A stretch of 63,912 nucleotides of DNA, the filler included, from Craspedostauros australis (taxonomy: Eukaryota): NCBI GenBank assembly GCA_030167865.1. It is 19 parts of 19 records of this genome, joined end to end, with 100 filler letters (N's around TTAATTAATTAA, not from the genome) between each part and the next. Parts side by side here need not be neighbours in the genome. Positions count along the whole stretch, not along the records: positions 59,663 to 61,123 come from JALAGF010001856.1; positions 61,224 to 62,704 come from JALAGF010001857.1; positions 62,805 to 63,912 come from JALAGF010001861.1; 16 more parts are not named here. One strand, written 5' to 3'. Positions 59,663 to 63,912 of this stretch are shown one piece after another (the stretch's first letter is position 1; each line of letters starts with the position of its first letter). Made by a program: the position numbers and the translations under genes. The notes below the pieces were generated by a model. That model made no database searches, had not been told where the DNA came from, and worked only from the letters and a program-made list of their open reading frames with translations.

Positions 59663-61064
59663 TCACGTGGAGGGTGTCGTCCCAAATTAGATTGTTGAAT
59701 GGACCATACACGCCTTCGTTGAGGTAGTAGGCGAAGTCGTCGCGGGTGGCGACAGCCGTCTTGTCTGAGCCCTCGGTGTTGTCTTTGTTGGCAAGGTTGC
59801 TGCGGACACTGGTGACAGAAACGACGACAGCAGAGCAGGCGGACACCAGGTATCGTCCTGGCTCGCCCATGACTCGGATGCTGTCCTCAGGGAAGATCTC
59901 GTCGATGAGGGGCGAGATCTGATCGGCCATGCCGGGGAACGACATGAGGGACATCGCCCTCTCGAGCGCCTCTTCATCTTCCTCCAATTCCTTGGGATGA
60001 TCCTCATTGGGGACCTCGGAGAGGTTGGCCGGATTCCAAGGGGAGATCGTGTCGCCAGGGAAGCCACCGCCGATGTCCAAGAGGTTCATATCGAAGCCGA
60101 ACTCGTTCTTACCCATATCGAAGATTTCGCGGGCATCGTTCAGCGCCGTCTTGTACGTGGATGCAGTGCGGCAGTTGGAACCAACATGGAAGGCAACACC
60201 GACAACGGGCAAGCCGCATTCCTTGGCGGTGCTCAGCAGATCCCTCCAGTGCGCGCGCGTTGCACCAAACTTGGTGGAGAGTGGGTATTCCGAGCAGGAG
60301 TCATCCGTGACGATGCGCAGCACAAGCTCGATGTCCTTGGATACCCCCGCGCACTTTCGGATCTCGTCAGCATTGTCGAATGTGACCCTGCATACATTCT
60401 TTTTGACGGCGGCCTCGATGTGCGAGCGCTGCTTGCAGGGGTTGGCGAAGATGATGTCGGGGCGCTGCGGCAGATCCGCGGAGCATTCTTCCACGAGAGT
60501 AATCTCGCCCAGCGACGCGCAGTCGAAACCAGCCCCAAGTCTTGCCAGCATCTTGACGATGACGGGATCTGGGTTGGACTTCACAGCAAAGTACGGCGCA
60601 ACGCGGGGTAAGCGATGCTTCCATTGCATGTACTGCTGCACAATGCTGCCCAGATCGCACACGTAGAATGCCTCGTCGGTGATGTCGGACCCGTTCGTCT
60701 TGGCAATGGCCTGCTCCCTGCGGAGGAAATGGCGAGTGGCGTGGCGCAGACCCTTGCCGATGGCCGAGCCTTCCATGAACACCTCGTTGTCCTGGAGAAT
60801 GTCAGCAATCACACTGTGTTCGGGTGAGGCCAGCGAAGGGCGGGCGCTGTCTGTCTGCGTTTGCATTGTTTCTTTGTTGTCTCTCACTGAGTCATAATCG
60901 GTACTTGTCGGCATGATGCTCATCGACATGCCCAGTTGTTGGCGAGGCGTCATTGACGGTCGATGGATCGACACTTGCATTCGTCCTGTCCTGATACGTG
61001 TGGGCGGTGTCAGTCCACAACGGAGTGATCTGCGTGTGACGACACGTACTGTGGCAGAAATCAT
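59663..61064 (-). CDS. ODC: Ornithine decarboxylase (fold-type III PLP decarboxylase), 3' truncated
   Basis: AFYVCDLG, PYFAVKSNP (PLP lysine), GFDCAS, IIFANPCK, TFDN, KFGA, VGVAFHVGS, LLDIGGGFPG, EPGRY, YYLNEGVYGPFN. Confidence 0.93.
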
Positions 61065-62804
61065 CTTGATGTGTCTGATGTGGTGTTGTATCGGACGGTA
61101 TGTCTGTGGTGGATTGTTGTAATNNNNNNNNNNNNNNNNNNNNNNNNNNNNNNNNNNNNNNNNNNNNTTAATTAATTAANNNNNNNNNNNNNNNNNNNNN
61201 NNNNNNNNNNNNNNNNNNNNNNNAATCCGGGGTGGTGTTAGTAGTAGAAGACTAATCGATATTAGAATCTACTCTTTCGAACTGTGAGCTCTTCATTGCT
61301 CTTTCATGTTGATGATCGATCTCCTGCTGCAGTCCTCGTGGTTGCATCTGCTCATCTACCATGCATTCATCTTGCAAGGTTGCCCATCTCGTGAATTCAC
61401 CCTGTCTTTCCTCTGATAGATTCATCATCGTAGACATGGCTGATTCACAGGCATCACCAATTCAATTCACTCGGTCGGATCGTCATCTTCGTGTTTTTCA
61501 CAAAACACAAGAGACACAACTGTTCTCACGGTTGAACCGTTGTTCTCACGATTTCTCACACGATGTCTCGTGTTGAGGCAGACATCCCTTACCACATGCA
61601 TTTCGCTGGTTCGTCACCAGCTTCATCCATTATCACCGGAGGGTTCTCTCACGATCCTTTTTGTACTTCGTGGTAATGGAATATTCCCACTCCTCGGTTC
61701 TTTGTTCGTCATTACATGAGGGCTGTATTCGCTTGTACCTGATGATGGTCACGAATGCATCATTGCAGCCCTGTGTGACATGCAACCGTGTATTGGATGA
61801 TTGCATTACCCTTCACAGTCATCATCATCCGATCCACACTTGTCATTCACCATTTGTCTCATGGTACCATTCGCCCTGTCATGTACCTCACATTTTGGTG
61901 TTCACAATGTCACGGTGGGAGGCACGGTAATATAGTGTTTCATGGCACTTGTCTTCTCACTCTTGGGAGGTGCGGCAATCATGCGTTTCATAACACCCGA
62001 TTCCTGACATATGGTCGATGGCCACAATGGCGTCGTTGTTGGCGACAATGTTGACCTGCGCCCCTGGTTGACTTGCTGTGGTGGACGTAATTGTGTTTGT
62101 TTTTCTTATACCTGTTGCTAACGGTGTTATTGGGGCGAATGTGTTGGTGCACTCAACACCTCTCGCCAAACGATGTGTTGGATTTGTTTGGTTTTGAGGC
62201 TTTGCGGGAACAAAACACTGTCTGTCCGTATGTACGTGTGCATACGTCATGATTCTGAGACGAAATGATTGGACAACGCAATTTGATAGTGACGTATGAC
62301 GAATGTCAATGATAAAAGATGAGAAAAATCTGGAAATTTCAAATTTGAAAGTGAAACGTTCACATCGATCAGTAGTACAAATCACGTACAATTTTGCCAT
62401 ACATGAAGAAGGACGTTTTGGGGGTTGCGCGAGCCGATATTCGAAATGATCACTCTCGCTTTGGATTGATGACGACCGGATGGGCTCCGCGATTGCTTCT
62501 TCCCCAGCACACNCACTTCAATCCAGCAGACTGCATCTCATTGTATGCTTAAAAAATGATCCACTTCAGAGACTGGAGACAGTTTCTTCGACAAGGGTTG
62601 GATTGAACCACTGGGATCGAACAAATGTGAACAAGGACATTCCCGACAGTCCAACACGGTGATCCACTGGGGTGATAATGCCAACGCCACTCTCCATCAT
62701 CGCCNNNNNNNNNNNNNNNNNNNNNNNNNNNNNNNNNNNNNNNNNNNNTTAATTAATTAANNNNNNNNNNNNNNNNNNNNNNNNNNNNNNNNNNNNNNNN
62801 NNNN

Positions 62805-63912
62805 TCTGGATGGTGTGTCATGTGTAGACCTCGCTGGTGTATTCGGAGGGGTGACACCTGTCTCATCATTGGCTTCGTCGCCGGAGGGTAGGATTTCGTC
62901 ATCCTCATGATTGGATTCGCTCCGATCTTCCTCGTCATTCTGGATTAGTTGAGTCACTACTCCGTCGTCCTCATTATCCTCATCATCGCTGTCTGATAGG
63001 ATGTAGTATCTGTTGCTGTCAGCGAAAGATACTCTCTTTGCTTCCGATGTTTGACGCGTTGCCGTCCTTGGCGTTGCTCCCTTCCGTCCGATGGTTGTGA
63101 AGCCGTCTGCGTCCGTNNNNNNNNNNNNNNNNNNNNNNNNNNNNNNNNNNNNNNNNNNNNNNNNNNNNNNNNNNNNNNNNNNNNNNNNNNNNNNNNNNNN
63201 NNNNNNNNNGAGTGACTTGGTCGATGGTCTGTACATGTTGTAGACCCCTGATGCGTGTTGGTGTGCATATCCGATGAACACCATCTCTTCTCCTCTGTTC
63301 TTGAGCTTCGCGGTGATCCCGTCATAGGTAGTCTTCACAACACCCACTTCTCCAAACGTGCGAAGTGCATCCGCATATGGTGGATCGTTGCCAAAGAATT
63401 GTCGATGTGGTGACTCCTTCTGGTTCTTCGCTATGGTGATATTGGCGATGGCGGTGGCAGTGCTAGCAGCTGCTGCCCACAGGCCATGCCTATACTCTTC
63501 GTCGAGCTGTGCTCCGTTGAGCATGGAGCGAACCTTGGTGTAGAGGTACGCGAACTTGCGTTCTACTCTGCCGTTCTGTTGCGGCGTGTTCGATGCCGTG
63601 AATTCGAATTTCACGTTCAGTCCTGCATCGATGAGAATATCCTGCGTGGACTTGTTCTCTCCGCTGTTGTCACCTCGGAAGATGATCTGTTGGTCACCAG
63701 TCTGTGACTTGATCGTTTGAACGAACCGTTTGATGTACCCTGGTTGATCACTTTTGTTCTTGAGAAATAAACTCCAGCAGTGATCCGTGAAGTCGTCCAC
63801 GATCAGGGTCCAGTAGCGTTTATCTCCAAAGCTTATGTGTTTAGTGTAACTAATGTCAATGAAGAGTCGTTCGCCACGGCGAGTTGCTCTCGGAATGGTT
63901 GCCTTCGGAATA
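62805..63912 (-). mobile_element. Ty1/copia integrase core and C-terminal region; second copy of the family at 1-1311
   Basis: RLFIDIS...IVDDFTDHCWS...FRGDNSGEN...TPQQNGRVERKF...LWAAA. ~63430-62805 is a near-identical reverse complement of 1-620. Confidence 0.95.

Noticed and set aside
61224..62704. Coding or TE identity for this contig
   Set aside because: Only short ORFs with no recognisable motifs; possibly decayed repeat, unsupported.

Overview
This is not one contiguous locus. It is 19 short eukaryotic contigs joined by artificial 100-nt linkers (N44-TTAATTAATTAA-N44). The organism is very likely a diatom: there is an ASAF-type bipartite plastid signal, diatom-type copia proteins, diatom-expanded families and GT-AG introns. 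Host genes include a DUF1800-like gene, two C-terminal halves of COG3899-like ATPase/sensor proteins, an exostosin (GT47), two tandem paralogous coiled-coil genes, a helicase-associated (HA) domain protein, a multi-exon gametolysin-like (M11) metalloprotease, a plastid-targeted membrane protein and an ornithine decarboxylase. Much of the rest is transposon-derived and shows CpG decay. The main observation is that two non-adjacent contigs (50771-57808 and 43480-48441) appear to be the two halves of one ~10-kb PIF/Harbinger-type element. The halves have matching TIRs and a matching CTC flank. The element carries a DDE transposase, a divergently transcribed ~800-aa accessory gene of unknown family, a third decayed ORF, an internal array of ~6 x 206-216-bp repeats and a minisatellite containing a solo LTR. 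Also notable are two divergent members of an unrecognised protein family (4957-6105 and 33946-35017) and a TA|CCGT TIR element that appears to have captured a copia RNase H-PPT-LTR segment. All family assignments come from motif recognition by eye; no searches were run.
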